DNA of 64,000 bases, taken from NCBI GenBank assembly GCA_963781885.1, contig CAWAHW010000002.1, positions 1,184,001 through 1,248,000 on the forward strand. The letters run 5' to 3'. The notes below the pieces were generated by a model that saw only the letters and a program-made list of their open reading frames with translations, searched no databases and had not been told where the DNA came from. The DNA is from an uncultured Spirochaetota bacterium (GTDB lineage Bacteria > Spirochaetota > Spirochaetia > SZUA-6 > Fen-1364). The translations under genes were made by a program, and so were the position numbers. This document shows, one piece after another, positions 32,795 to 42,863 of this stretch. Within the stretch, counting starts at the first letter, position 1, and each line of letters begins with the position of its first letter.

Positions 32795-33516
32795 CAGGCC
32801 GCTCCGCCCAGGTACGCCGCAATGACGCGCGGGTTGCGGGAGACTTCCTCGTACGGGCCCGCCGCGATGATCTCGCCGTTTTCCAGCACGATCACGCGGT
32901 GGGTGAGGTCACGAATGACGCTCATGACGTGCTCCACGACGCCGACGCCGATGTTGTGCTGCCGGCTCACGGTCTGCACGAGCCCGACCATCTCCCGGGT
33001 CTCATCGACGTTGAGACCGGCCATGACCTCGTCCAGGAAGAGAATTTCGGGATTGTTCGCCAGCGCGCGGGCGATCTCCATCTTCTTCGTCTCCAACATC
33101 GTGATCTCCGCGACGTCGCGGTCCAGTCGATCCAGGCCGAGCGCGCGGCAGAGCGCATCCGCCTCGGCGCGTGCCTGCCGAAGGCGCATGCCCCTGCTGA
33201 AGAGGAAACCGAGCATGACGTTTTCCCGCACGGTCAGGCTCTGAAGCGGGTGGATGAGCTGGAAGGTCCTTGCGATTCCCATGCGCGCCCGCTTGTGCGG
33301 GGCATCGCCGGTGATGTCGCGGCCTTTGAAGCTGATGCTGCCGCTGCTGGGAAGGTAAACGCCCGACACGAGGTTGATGAACGTCGTCTTGCCCGAGCCA
33401 TTCGGCCCGATGACGCCCAGTATTTCGCCCCGGTCGAGATTGAAGGTCACATTATTCACCGCGACAAGGCCGCCGAAACGTTTCGTGAGTCCGCGGGTCT
33501 CCAGCGTTGCCATCAT
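32794..33516 (-). CDS. livG: Branched-chain-type ABC ATPase
   Basis: FGGLVAV, GPNGSGKTT, IARTFQ, VIAAYLG. Confidence 0.92.
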   Translation of the reverse strand: MMATLETRGLTKRFGGLVAVNNVTFNLDRGEILGVIGPNGSGKTTFINLVSGVYLPSSGSISFKGRDITGDAPHKRARMGIARTFQLIHPLQSLTVRENVMLGFLFSRGMRLRQARAEADALCRALGLDRLDRDVAEITMLETKKMEIARALANNPEILFLDEVMAGLNVDETREMVGLVQTVSRQHNIGVGVVEHVMSVIRDLTHRVIVLENGEIIAAGPYEEVSRNPRVIAAYLGGAA

Positions 33517-34478
33517 TTCCCTTCGGTGCCCGGGTCGGCACCTTTGTTCGCCGCGGGTGCCGCGGTGCGCCGACGGCCGCGAAGCAGCCCGTACAGGCCC
33601 TGCGGCATGAAGAGGATCACGAGGACGATGATGATGCCGTAGACGACCAGATGACCGTACGGGATGTGGAGCTTCAGGAATTCCGCGGCGACACCGAGCA
33701 GCAGCGCGCCGATCACGGGGCCAGGGGTGCCGTGTATGCCTCCCAGGAGCGCCATGGCGAGCGGGAGGAGCGTGTAGTTGGCATCGAAGACCGCGTCGGG
33801 CGATGCGAACCCATAGCCCTGGAGCTGGATGCCGCCCACAATGCCCTGGATGAACGAGCTCACGACGAATGCCACCAGCAGGTACTTGAAGATGCCGACG
33901 CCGCTCGCCGCCGCGCTTAGCTCGTTGTTGCGGATGGCGCTCAGCGCCAGCCGAACACGCGACTTCTCGAACAATGTGGATGCCCCGTAGGCCAGAACCA
34001 CCGCCGCGAGCACCAGCCAGTACAGAGACTTTGATTCCCCGTTGAAGATGAGCTGCGGCAGGACCAGGCCTTCGGGTCCGCCGGTGAAATTGGACCAGTT
34101 CTGGATGATGACGCGGAATATCTCGGCCAGGGCAAGCGTCGTGATGCTGAAGTACACGGCGCGCAGCCGCAGGATGACCAGCCCGAGCAGCAGCGCCACG
34201 ACTGCCGCGAAAACCCCGGCGAAAAGAATGGAAAGAATCGGTGACATGCCGCCGCGAAGCACGGAAAGGGCCGCCGCGTACGCCCCGAGCCCGAAGAAGC
34301 CCGCGATGCCGAACGAGATCTGCCCCGAGCGGAGGAGCATGTCCCAGCTTATCGCCAGGGCCATGTAGGTGAGCACGCTGCGGGCAACAGCAAGCGGGTA
34401 GGGGCCTGATACCAGCGGCAGCAGGGCGGCGGCGGCAAGCGCGAGCAGCGGGATAAGGAACGAAAGCGGTCGTCTCAT
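33513..34478 (-). CDS. livM: Branched-chain-type ABC permease
   Basis: GQISFG, YFSITTLA, TGGPEG, GPVIGA. Confidence 0.9.
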   Translation of the reverse strand: MRRPLSFLIPLLALAAAALLPLVSGPYPLAVARSVLTYMALAISWDMLLRSGQISFGIAGFFGLGAYAAALSVLRGGMSPILSILFAGVFAAVVALLLGLVILRLRAVYFSITTLALAEIFRVIIQNWSNFTGGPEGLVLPQLIFNGESKSLYWLVLAAVVLAYGASTLFEKSRVRLALSAIRNNELSAAASGVGIFKYLLVAFVVSSFIQGIVGGIQLQGYGFASPDAVFDANYTLLPLAMALLGGIHGTPGPVIGALLLGVAAEFLKLHIPYGHLVVYGIIIVLVILFMPQGLYGLLRGRRRTAAPAANKGADPGTEGK

Positions 34479-35401
34479 CTCTTTCGCTCCCGGTAGGAAC
34501 GCACGAGGATCGTGGCGATGATGATCGCGAAGAAGACGATATTCGACCAGCCCGCGTACCCGCGGATGCCGTTGATCACGGCCTCCGACAGACCCAGCGC
34601 GAGGCTGCAATACAGGACGCCCACGATATTGCCGACACCGGCCATGGCGACGAGACAGAACGATTTCATGGTGTAGGGCGCGCCGACGTCGGGGAAAATG
34701 GCCTGCTTCGTGAGAAACAGCGAGCCGACGATTCCCATCAGTCCCACTGCAATCGCAAAGATGATGCCGTACGTGCGATCCACGTCGATGCCGACGATGG
34801 CCGCCCCGCGCGGGTTCTGGCCCACGGCGAGCGCTGCCTTGCCCATGCGCGTGCGCTGGAGGAAAAGACGAAGGCCGACGGCGAGCAGGATGGCAACCCC
34901 GACAAAGACGAAATCGAAAACCCCGAAGCTCACGTCACCAATCGTGGCCGAGGCGGTGACGTAGGAGAGGGAGAGCTTGTAGGACTGGGACGTGAAAGCG
35001 AGGTTCACGATCTGGCTGAATGCGATGGCAAGACCGAAGGTGAGGATGAGCTGGTTGAGCTCGGGCGCCTTGAGGGCATGCTTGATCGTCGCCTTGTAGA
35101 TCAGCCAACCGACGAGCGCCATGACGAGGGCAACGGGCACCATCGCCGCAAAGGGATCGAGACCGAGCAACCGGTTGGCGACGAAATAGGCAAGATAGGC
35201 GGCCACCATCATGAGCTCGCCATGGGCGAGATTCACGATGTGGACGATGCCCAGCACGAGCGCCATGGGGATGGCCACGGCGGCGTAGAGGCCGGCCCTC
35301 TGCACGCCGTACACCAGCACCGTGGGTTTCCAGATGAGGATCGCCGCGACCGCTGCCACGACGACAGCCGTCCACAGGATCGTCGACCTTTTCACCGCCA
35401 T
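34475..35401 (-). CDS. livH: Branched-chain-type ABC permease
   Basis: VNLAHGEL, RTRMGKA, GQNPRGA. Confidence 0.9.
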   Translation of the reverse strand: MAVKRSTILWTAVVVAAVAAILIWKPTVLVYGVQRAGLYAAVAIPMALVLGIVHIVNLAHGELMMVAAYLAYFVANRLLGLDPFAAMVPVALVMALVGWLIYKATIKHALKAPELNQLILTFGLAIAFSQIVNLAFTSQSYKLSLSYVTASATIGDVSFGVFDFVFVGVAILLAVGLRLFLQRTRMGKAALAVGQNPRGAAIVGIDVDRTYGIIFAIAVGLMGIVGSLFLTKQAIFPDVGAPYTMKSFCLVAMAGVGNIVGVLYCSLALGLSEAVINGIRGYAGWSNIVFFAIIIATILVRSYRERKR

Positions 35402-35441
35402 CCCGGGATGCCCCCCTGCCGCGTGCGCGCGGCGTCAACGG

Positions 35442-35470
35442 GCGGTCCGGCCGCGCCGCGGCCGGACCGC
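35442..35470. other. Intercistronic GC stem-loop after the binding-protein gene
   Basis: GCGGTCCGGCCGCG-C-CGCGGCCGGACCGC with no U-tract; typical position of an mRNA stabiliser. A similar structure lies near 15518-15565. Confidence 0.65.
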
Positions 35471-35486
35471 GAATGCCGATCCTCTG

Positions 35487-36701
35487 CTACCAGGCAGGGA
35501 ACGGGAAGACGATTGGCTTCGACTGGACCTCGAAGGGCCAGATGACCTCCTGCCGGCCGTTCTGCCATTGGAGGATCTTCTGGTTGCGGATGCCCTGGTG
35601 CTTGATGATGTTGGAAGGGCTGAAGGTGATGGTCTCACCGAGCGGGGAGGCGTATTTTGTCGCCTCCAGCGCGGCGATCAGCTTCGCCTTGTCCGTGCCG
35701 CCGGCCCTCTTGATGCCGTCTGCCACGATGTAGACCGCGCTGTAGGAGAGCGCGGCGAAATAGCTCGTCGGTGCCGTGCCCACGGTCTTCACATAGGCAT
35801 CGTAGAACTTCTTGCTCGCCGGGCTGATGTCATTGATCGACTGCGCCCACATGCCGTAGAGCATGACGTTTTCCGCCAGGGGCGATTTGTTCATATCCGC
35901 AGGCCACGCCGGAGGCGCCCCGAGGTAGATGGGCGGGGAGAACTTCATCGCCTTCGACTGCTCCAGCAGGGGCAGGGCGTCCTGCGCATAGCCGGCCCAG
36001 AGGAAGAGATCGGGCTTGAATTCCTTTGCCGCTTCAAGTACCGCGGAATAATCGCTGCCGCCCAGCAGTGCACTCTTGAAAGAGGCGCCGTCGAACTGGT
36101 AGCGCGTGCCGAAGATGGCCTTTGACGCATCGAAGGATGACTTGCCGAATGCCCCTTCCTCATACGCGAGGAAGATGCGGTTGATCTTGATGGCCGGATA
36201 TTTCTTCTGGATGGCATCCCAGCCGTCCGCGTAGCTCTGCCCCTGGTTGTAGTCCCACGGGTGGAGGTGGAAATACCAGTCGGAGTCGGGGCTCGGTCCG
36301 AGCGCCTTCTCCACGGTCGTGCTCGCCGCGGCGCCCGTTGCAACGGTGACGATCTGGTACTTCTTCATGGTCGGCACCTGCGCGAGTGCGACGCCCGAGG
36401 CGATGCCGCCGATCAGCACGTCGACCTTGTCCACGGTGGCGAGCTTCTCGATCGCCGCCACGCCCACGTCGCCCTTGCCTTCATCGTCGACGACGATGAG
36501 CTGGAGCTGCTTTCCCAGGACGCCGCCGGCCTTGTTGATCTCGTCAACGGCGAGCTGCGCCGCCTTGGAGCATTCCAGGCCGCTCACGTCGGCCAGGGGC
36601 CAGTTGGCGCCGATCTTGATGACGCCCTGCCCGAAGGACGTTGCCGCGCAAAGCGTCACCGCGAGGGCGACGAAGACGACGACCGCCAGTCTTTTTCTCA
36701 T
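35487..36701 (-). CDS. LivK-like ABC substrate-binding protein
   Basis: Signal peptide, IKIG, AVDEINKAGGVLGK. Confidence 0.9.
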   Translation of the reverse strand: MRKRLAVVVFVALAVTLCAATSFGQGVIKIGANWPLADVSGLECSKAAQLAVDEINKAGGVLGKQLQLIVVDDEGKGDVGVAAIEKLATVDKVDVLIGGIASGVALAQVPTMKKYQIVTVATGAAASTTVEKALGPSPDSDWYFHLHPWDYNQGQSYADGWDAIQKKYPAIKINRIFLAYEEGAFGKSSFDASKAIFGTRYQFDGASFKSALLGGSDYSAVLEAAKEFKPDLFLWAGYAQDALPLLEQSKAMKFSPPIYLGAPPAWPADMNKSPLAENVMLYGMWAQSINDISPASKKFYDAYVKTVGTAPTSYFAALSYSAVYIVADGIKRAGGTDKAKLIAALEATKYASPLGETITFSPSNIIKHQGIRNQKILQWQNGRQEVIWPFEVQSKPIVFPFPAW

Positions 36702-36804
36702 TGTCCTGCCTCCTTGGGGCGCGTTCCGCGCACCCCCGTATCACCCGTGCGGTGCGGTCATGCGACCCGCAGGCCGCGGCCGTCCGCCATTTGCACCCTG
36801 CGAC

Positions 36805-37542
36805 CTAGAGAACCAGGCCTCCGTCCACCCGGAGCACCTGGCCGGTGATGAAGACCGACTCGTCCGAGCACAGGAAAAGCACGGCGTTTGCGATGTCCGC
36901 GATCTCGGCAAGCCTTCCCAGCGGCGTGCGCGCGATGATGGGCTCCAGCACTTTCGCCGGCACGGATGCGATCATCGGTGTCCGGGTGTACCCGGGCGAA
37001 ACGGCATTCACGCGTATCTTCGCGCCCTTGCGCGCGAGCTCCCGGGCCCAGCCCTTTGTCATCGCGACGATGCCGCCCTTGCTCGCCGCGTAGTTCGTCT
37101 GTCCGATATTGCCGTCCAGGCCGACGATGGAGCTGATGCTCACGACAACCCCGGACCCGGCTTCCATCATGTGCGGGGCCACCGCGCGCGTCATGACAAA
37201 AACGCCTTTCAGGTTCACGCCGATCACCGAGTCCCATTCGTCATCCGTCATCTTTCCCAGCAACGCGTCGTGCGTGATGCCGGCATTGTTGACCAGCACG
37301 TCGATTGCCCCGGATTCCGCGACGATGCGCTCGACAACGGCATTCACCGCGGAGGAATCCGTGACGTTGACGACCACGCCGCGAGCCGCGGGACAGGCTT
37401 TCTCCAGGGACGCGAACTCCCTGTCGTTGATGTCCAGCGCCCAGATGCGGCGGGTCCCTTCACGGCCGAATGTCTCCACGATCCCCCTGCCGATGCCCTG
37501 CGCCCCGCCCGTCACGACGCACACCTTGTCTTTCAGTCGCAT
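36805..37542 (-). CDS. FabG/PhaB-like 3-oxoacyl reductase
   Basis: TGGAQGIG, NNAGITHD, GNIGQTNYAASKGG. Confidence 0.92.
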   Translation of the reverse strand: MRLKDKVCVVTGGAQGIGRGIVETFGREGTRRIWALDINDREFASLEKACPAARGVVVNVTDSSAVNAVVERIVAESGAIDVLVNNAGITHDALLGKMTDDEWDSVIGVNLKGVFVMTRAVAPHMMEAGSGVVVSISSIVGLDGNIGQTNYAASKGGIVAMTKGWARELARKGAKIRVNAVSPGYTRTPMIASVPAKVLEPIIARTPLGRLAEIADIANAVLFLCSDESVFITGQVLRVDGGLVL

Positions 37543-37551
37543 GACAACTCC

Positions 37552-38595
37552 TTACCCGTCGCACTTCCCCCAGCGGATCACGGTGGCGGCCCAGACGAAC
37601 CCCAGGCCGGCACCCACGAAAACGATCGTCGCGCCATCCCGCACCTTGCCCGCCGCGAGGCCCAGTTCCAGGGAAAGAACCTGGTCGTTCTGGCCGAGAT
37701 GGCCATAGCCGTCGAGATAGGTCGTGCGCTCGGGAGAGAGGCCGAGCTCCGCAAGCACGGCGTCGTGCGCGCTGCGCTTGAAGTGGAGCAGCGCGAGATA
37801 GTCGATGGCGCGGTCGGGCTTTCCCGTCATCGGGTCATCGGGCATCCCCGAGGCGCGCAACGCCTGGCGAATCACCGCGAAGAAATTGGGCAGGGTCGCA
37901 TCGTTGAGCTTTTTCTTGAATGCCTCTTCGTCGGGAACGATGAAGTGCGCGCGCGCGGTATCTTCCGGTCGGGGAGGCCAGGCGCGTGCGCCCAGGGTGG
38001 GAACGACGCACATCTCCGAAAAGGAGCCGTCGCCGCGGAATGCGGAAGAGAGCACGGCATTACGGCCGGCATTCTTTCGGAGCACCATGGCCGAGGCTCC
38101 CGATCCGATGTCGAGCATGAAGCGCGTCGACGGCTCGGCAAGGTCGATCAGGTCATTGTTGCGGTAGCCGGAGACCAGCAGAACGGTGGTGAGATCGCCG
38201 CGCGCGATGATGAGGGATTTTGCCACGTCGAGCGCCGCCATCATCGAGCCGCACATGGCCTCCATGTCGAAGCTCCAGGCATTTTTCGCGCCGATCTTGT
38301 CGGCGACGGAGAGCCCGGCCAGCCAGCAAGGGTAGTCCTTGTGCTGCGCGCCGCACCATATCACCAGGTCCACCTCCGCGCCCGTCACGCCCGCGTTTTC
38401 CAGCGCACGGCGCGCCGCTTCCAGGCCCATTGACGCCGTGCTCTCCTCGGGGCCCGCCACCGGTTTGCTGCGAACGCCGTATTTAAGCGCCACCACCTGC
38501 TCGGGAATGCCGGTTGCTTTGGCGATATCCGCCGCGCTGAGCGAGTTTGACGGGATCCATGTTCCGATGCCTATTACCCCGACATGCATGCTCAA
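37552..38595 (-). CDS. KAS III (FabH)-fold acyltransferase 1
   Basis: EAMCGS (catalytic Cys), GSGASA, LLHFK, YGHLGQND, GAGLGFVW. Confidence 0.88.
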   Translation of the reverse strand: MSMHVGVIGIGTWIPSNSLSAADIAKATGIPEQVVALKYGVRSKPVAGPEESTASMGLEAARRALENAGVTGAEVDLVIWCGAQHKDYPCWLAGLSVADKIGAKNAWSFDMEAMCGSMMAALDVAKSLIIARGDLTTVLLVSGYRNNDLIDLAEPSTRFMLDIGSGASAMVLRKNAGRNAVLSSAFRGDGSFSEMCVVPTLGARAWPPRPEDTARAHFIVPDEEAFKKKLNDATLPNFFAVIRQALRASGMPDDPMTGKPDRAIDYLALLHFKRSAHDAVLAELGLSPERTTYLDGYGHLGQNDQVLSLELGLAAGKVRDGATIVFVGAGLGFVWAATVIRWGKCDG

Positions 38596-38608
38596 AGCTC
38601 CATTAAAG

Positions 38609-38751
38609 GTGAATCAGCTCTCACTCTTTATACCAGATGAAATTGAATTGTCAAGAAAAATATTGCCTGAATGCCGATATATTTTAACAAATTGCTTGCG
38701 CTTAATGACTACTGGGCCTATAATGCCACTGTTTAGTGAATCATGTCTCAT
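38609..38751. promoter_or_regulatory. Divergent promoters with a duplicated operator
   Basis: GTGAATCAGCTCTCAC (38609-38624) and GTGAATCATGTCTCAT (38736-38751). Plus strand TTGCGC-17-TATAAT; minus strand TTGACA-16-TATAAA. Confidence 0.65.
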
Positions 38752-38772
38752 GAAGTGGAGCATATTCGACTG

Positions 38773-39903
38773 ATGACGGAAACCGAGGAACGTCTGGAAG
38801 AGGCAGCAGTCGCGCTATTCGCGAAGAAATGGTACGGGACCGTTTCAGTTGCGGAAATCTGCCGGGCCGCGGGACTTTCCAACGGTGTCTTTTACAGGTA
38901 CTACAAAAAAAAAGAGACGCTTTTCCGCGGCATTTTGTCGAAGGTCCTTGAAATGATACGGGTTGCCATTGAGGTTCCGCAGAATGGGGGACCGTGCGAA
39001 CAGCTTCGCGCCTTTGTGAACGCCATCATCGATTTTTCGTGGGATCATGCCGATCTCGTCTCGGTATTCCGCGAGGGGCAATACAGGTTTTTCGAATACG
39101 AGCGCCGCCTGGTGGCGATCTACCTCCGCGGGCTCAGCACGGCGCTCGCCCGCGAAGTGCGCCTTCCTGAATATCTCTTCGCCCTGGGTGGAGTCAGATT
39201 CTGCGCCGTGCGCCGCGCTCTCCAAGGCGTGCGGATAGAAGTCGACGACGTGCATGGAATACTCCGCGCGGGCCTTTTTCGCGGCATGTCATTCGATGCC
39301 GGACGGGTGTTCGGCGGCTCCGCCACCCCCCTGCCGGTCGCCCTGGAGGAAGGGGCGCGCGACAGGCTCCTGCGGTCGGGGAAGAGGCTTTTTGGGGAAA
39401 AGGGCTTTTTCGAGACCAATATTCATGAGATCACTGACGGTGCCGGCCTCTCCGTGGGCGCATTCTATACGTATTTTGAATCAAAAGAGGCATTCTACGC
39501 ACAGCTCATCCGACAGGTCGGCCACGAGGTGCGCTCTTTTATCGCGCGCAATTTGGCTGCGAGCGCGCCTTCCCTCAACCGTCTCGAGCGCGAGCTGCGG
39601 GGCCTCTGGCTCTGGCTGGTATACCTGTCGATAGACAGGAACTGCTACGCCATCGTGCGCGAGGCAGAGTTCGTCCTGCCCGCGGCGGTGAAGGACTACT
39701 ACGGCGCTTTCGTGGAGGGTTACAGGAAGAACCCCGAGGGCAATGGCGATGTCGACCAGGGAACGGCAATCGAATTTCTCCTCGGCATCGCGCATTACTT
39801 CGGCATCGAGATGGCATTCGACGAATCGCCGGCGAATGCGCGGGCGGCCATCGAGGCGATCGGCGGATATTTGTCGCGCGGATTGGTCGGTGAGGGAGGG
39901 TGA
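38773..39903 (+). CDS. Tandem (double) TetR-family regulator
   Basis: Two HTHs: SVAEICRAAGLSNGVFYRYY and NIHEITDGAGLSVGAFYTYF. Confidence 0.9.
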   Translation: MTETEERLEEAAVALFAKKWYGTVSVAEICRAAGLSNGVFYRYYKKKETLFRGILSKVLEMIRVAIEVPQNGGPCEQLRAFVNAIIDFSWDHADLVSVFREGQYRFFEYERRLVAIYLRGLSTALAREVRLPEYLFALGGVRFCAVRRALQGVRIEVDDVHGILRAGLFRGMSFDAGRVFGGSATPLPVALEEGARDRLLRSGKRLFGEKGFFETNIHEITDGAGLSVGAFYTYFESKEAFYAQLIRQVGHEVRSFIARNLAASAPSLNRLERELRGLWLWLVYLSIDRNCYAIVREAEFVLPAAVKDYYGAFVEGYRKNPEGNGDVDQGTAIEFLLGIAHYFGIEMAFDESPANARAAIEAIGGYLSRGLVGEGG

Positions 39904-40912
39904 ATGGCAACGGTGAGAGTACTTTCCACGGGATTGTACGCGCCCGGGCAGCCAATCGACAACGAAGAGCTGAAGACGCTTGCGGGCATCGATTTCGACG
40001 CGGCGCGGCTGGAATCGAAGATCGGCATCCGTACCCGGCATATTGCGCGCCTGCGCGGCATCCGGGAGACGACGGCAGATTTCGCGGAGAAGGCGGCGCG
40101 CGCGGCCCTGGCCCGGGCCGGCGTGGATGCGCAGGAGGTCGGTCTCTTCGTGGTGGCAACCGACACCCCCGAATACATCTCGCCGGCAACCGCCATCCTC
40201 CTCCAGGGCAGGCTCCAGGGCGGCGAGCGGGACGCCGGTGCATTCGACGTCGGCGCCTCCTGCGCGAGCTTTGTCACCGCGCTCGACGTCGTGGCGCGCA
40301 TGATGGCCACCGACGCGACTCTCCGCTACGCGCTGGTGGTCGGCGTCTACAACATGCCCGCCTACCTGCGGCCGGGCGACGTCTTTGGGTGGACCATGTT
40401 TGCCGACGGGGCAGGGGCCGTACTCCTGGAGCGCGCGGAGGAATCCGAGCGCGGCTACCACGAGGGCGTCCTGCGGGCCGACGGCACGCAATGGAATTTC
40501 GTGGGAGTCTATGCCGGGGGAACGAAGCTGCCCGTGACCCGGGAAAAGCTGGAAGAGGGAACCTGGGGTCTGGAATTGCTGCAAAAGCTCCCCGGGGACC
40601 GCAACGTGAAGCTATGGCCGCCGCTCGTGCATCGTCTGCTGGAAAAGGCGGGTCGCAGGCATCGCATCCATCGACCATTTCCTCTTCACGCAGATAAACC
40701 GGTCCGTCATCGCCGAGGTGATGGCGGCACTCGGCCAGCCGATGGAAAAGACGACGTGCATCATGGACCGCTATGGATACACCGGCTCCGCCTGCATCCC
40801 CATGGCCCTGGCGACAGCCGTGGAGGCCGGCACAGTGAAGAAGGGCGACGCGCTGATCTTCGTGGCCTCCGGCGCAGGGCTCGCCGTGGGGGCCAATCTC
40901 GTCGTGCTCTAA
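39904..40912 (+). CDS. KAS III (FabH)-fold acyltransferase 2 (frameshift near 40660)
   Basis: DVGASCASF, FADGAGA. C-terminus (FTQINR, YGYTGSACIP, SGAGL) continues in the frame of ORF 40718..40912. Confidence 0.85.
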
Positions 40913-40957
40913 GCCCCGATGCGTTCGCGCGATGCCGTATTCTGAAAGGAGCCTTGC

Positions 40958-42265
40958 ATGGAATGGCGGGACCAGTACAAGAGCAAGCTGACCGACATCG
41001 ACAGCGCCGTTGCGCGCATTGAGAGCGGCAATGACGTCATCGTGGCCCAGTGCGCCTCCGAACCGCAGGGCTGCATGTCGCGCTTTCACATCATTGCCGA
41101 CCAGGTGCGCGACGTGCGTGTCTTTTCCGTCCTCACGCTGAAGCCCTACGACTTCTACATGAAGCCGGAGATGAAGGGGCGCTTCGAGCTCGCTTCCTGG
41201 TTCCATGCGCCCGGATCGCGTGAGGCGCTGAAGGCGGGAACGGGAACCGTGACGTACGTCCCCAATATGCTTCACCGCGCCGCCACGGACCGCATCCAGG
41301 CGCGTCGCCCCGACATCTTCTTCGGCACGTGCACGCCGCCCGACCGGCACGGCTTCGTCTCCCTGTCGCTGGGCATCACCTATGAGAAGGATATCCTCGA
41401 GGCGGCAAAGACGGTCATCCTGGAGGTGAACCCGCGCCTTCCGCGCACGCTCGGGGACACGCACGTGCACGTCTCCGAGGTCGACCTTTTTGCCATGAAC
41501 GACCAGGAAGTCCCCACGCTCCCGTCGCCGTCTCCCTCCCCGACGGACCTCGCCATCGGCGGCCATATCGGCGAGCTGGTGGAGGACGGCGCGACGATCC
41601 AGCTCGGCATCGGCGGCATCCCCAACGCCGCGGCGCTTGCCCTCCGCGACAAGCATGACCTCGGCGTGCACACCGAGATGATGGTGGACTCGGTCATGGA
41701 GCTCTACGAGATGGGCGTCGTGACGAATGCCTGCAAGGGCTTCATGAAGGGCAAGATCATCTGCACGTTCGCAATGGGATCGCGCAAGCTCTACGACTGG
41801 CTGGACGACAACGTGGAGGTGCAGTTCGAGCGCGGCAAGTGGGTGAACGATCCCGCAGTCATCCGGCAGAACACCCGCATGGTGTCGATCAATACCTGCA
41901 TGATGGTGGACTTCACGGGGCAAGTGGCAAGCGAGGCAATCGGCACGGCGCAGTACTCCGGCACGGGAGGACAGGCGGACACGGCGGTGGGCGCCGTGGA
42001 AGGCTTCGACGGGCGGGGGAAGTCGGTGATCGCCTGCTACAGCACCGCCAAGGGCGGCAAGATATCGACGATCGTCCCCGTGCTCCCGGAAGGCACGGCT
42101 GTCTCCCTCCATCGCTCGAACGTGGACAATGTCGTCACCGAATACGGCATCGCGCGACTCCGCGGCAGAACGGTGCGCGAGCGGACGCGCGAGCTGATCG
42201 CGGTGGCGCACCCCGACTTCCGCGCCGAGCTGACCGCAGCCGCGAAAAGGCTGGGATACCTGTAG
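40958..42265 (+). CDS. Acetyl-CoA hydrolase/CoA-transferase (4-hydroxybutyrate CoA-transferase-like)
   Basis: DGATIQLGIGGIP, LGVHTEM, GTGGQAD, VTEYGIA, AHPDFR. Confidence 0.93.
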   Translation: MEWRDQYKSKLTDIDSAVARIESGNDVIVAQCASEPQGCMSRFHIIADQVRDVRVFSVLTLKPYDFYMKPEMKGRFELASWFHAPGSREALKAGTGTVTYVPNMLHRAATDRIQARRPDIFFGTCTPPDRHGFVSLSLGITYEKDILEAAKTVILEVNPRLPRTLGDTHVHVSEVDLFAMNDQEVPTLPSPSPSPTDLAIGGHIGELVEDGATIQLGIGGIPNAAALALRDKHDLGVHTEMMVDSVMELYEMGVVTNACKGFMKGKIICTFAMGSRKLYDWLDDNVEVQFERGKWVNDPAVIRQNTRMVSINTCMMVDFTGQVASEAIGTAQYSGTGGQADTAVGAVEGFDGRGKSVIACYSTAKGGKISTIVPVLPEGTAVSLHRSNVDNVVTEYGIARLRGRTVRERTRELIAVAHPDFRAELTAAAKRLGYL

Positions 42266-42324
42266 CGCGCCCGGAGATACGGCGCGATTGACTTTCGGCG
42301 CGCCAGGGACTATAGGTGGGGAGC

Positions 42325-42591
42325 ATGAGCGGTCCTGAGGATCAGATCGAAGAGAAAACCAGCGGCGGGCGCCGGCACTCGCGCGGCCTCTTCTTCCACT
42401 GGCTCATCGGTCTGTTTGGCCTGGGAACGGGAATGCTCGCGTTCCTCCTGCTTTCGACCGGTGACGTGGGATGGACGACGCCGCTCGTGATCCTGCTGTT
42501 GCTCTTCTTCGTGGCCGGCGTCGGGGCGCTCATCGCGGCGCTCGTCATCTCCGTGACAAGGAAGCCCGGCCGAAAGAGCACGCGGCCGTGA
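42325..42591 (+). CDS. Small 2-TM membrane protein
   Basis: Two hydrophobic helices; ATG 8 nt after TTGACT-17-TATAGG. Confidence 0.6.
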   Translation: MSGPEDQIEEKTSGGRRHSRGLFFHWLIGLFGLGTGMLAFLLLSTGDVGWTTPLVILLLLFFVAGVGALIAALVISVTRKPGRKSTRP

Positions 42592-42863
42592 CGTCCACCG
42601 GCATCTTCGATCGGCTGGCTGCCGCCTTTTCATCGTGGATCGGTTACGGCTGGCTCACGGCCTTTCTCATCTGGGCCGCGGGCACGATAGTCATCCTCCG
42701 CGTCGTCTACCGCTATTTCCTGGAAAGAATTGGCACCCGCATCCCGACCATTGTCATCTTTGCTCTGTGGACCATCATCGTCATGGGCATTGCCGGCCAC
42801 TATCTCGGCTACGGCCAGCCGGGGGAAAATAGGGCTACGCCGATGCCGGGCGAACACGCGTGA
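42588..42863 (+). CDS. Small 2-TM membrane protein
   Basis: GTGA overlap with the previous gene; two TM helices. Confidence 0.55.
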   Translation: MTSTGIFDRLAAAFSSWIGYGWLTAFLIWAAGTIVILRVVYRYFLERIGTRIPTIVIFALWTIIVMGIAGHYLGYGQPGENRATPMPGEHA

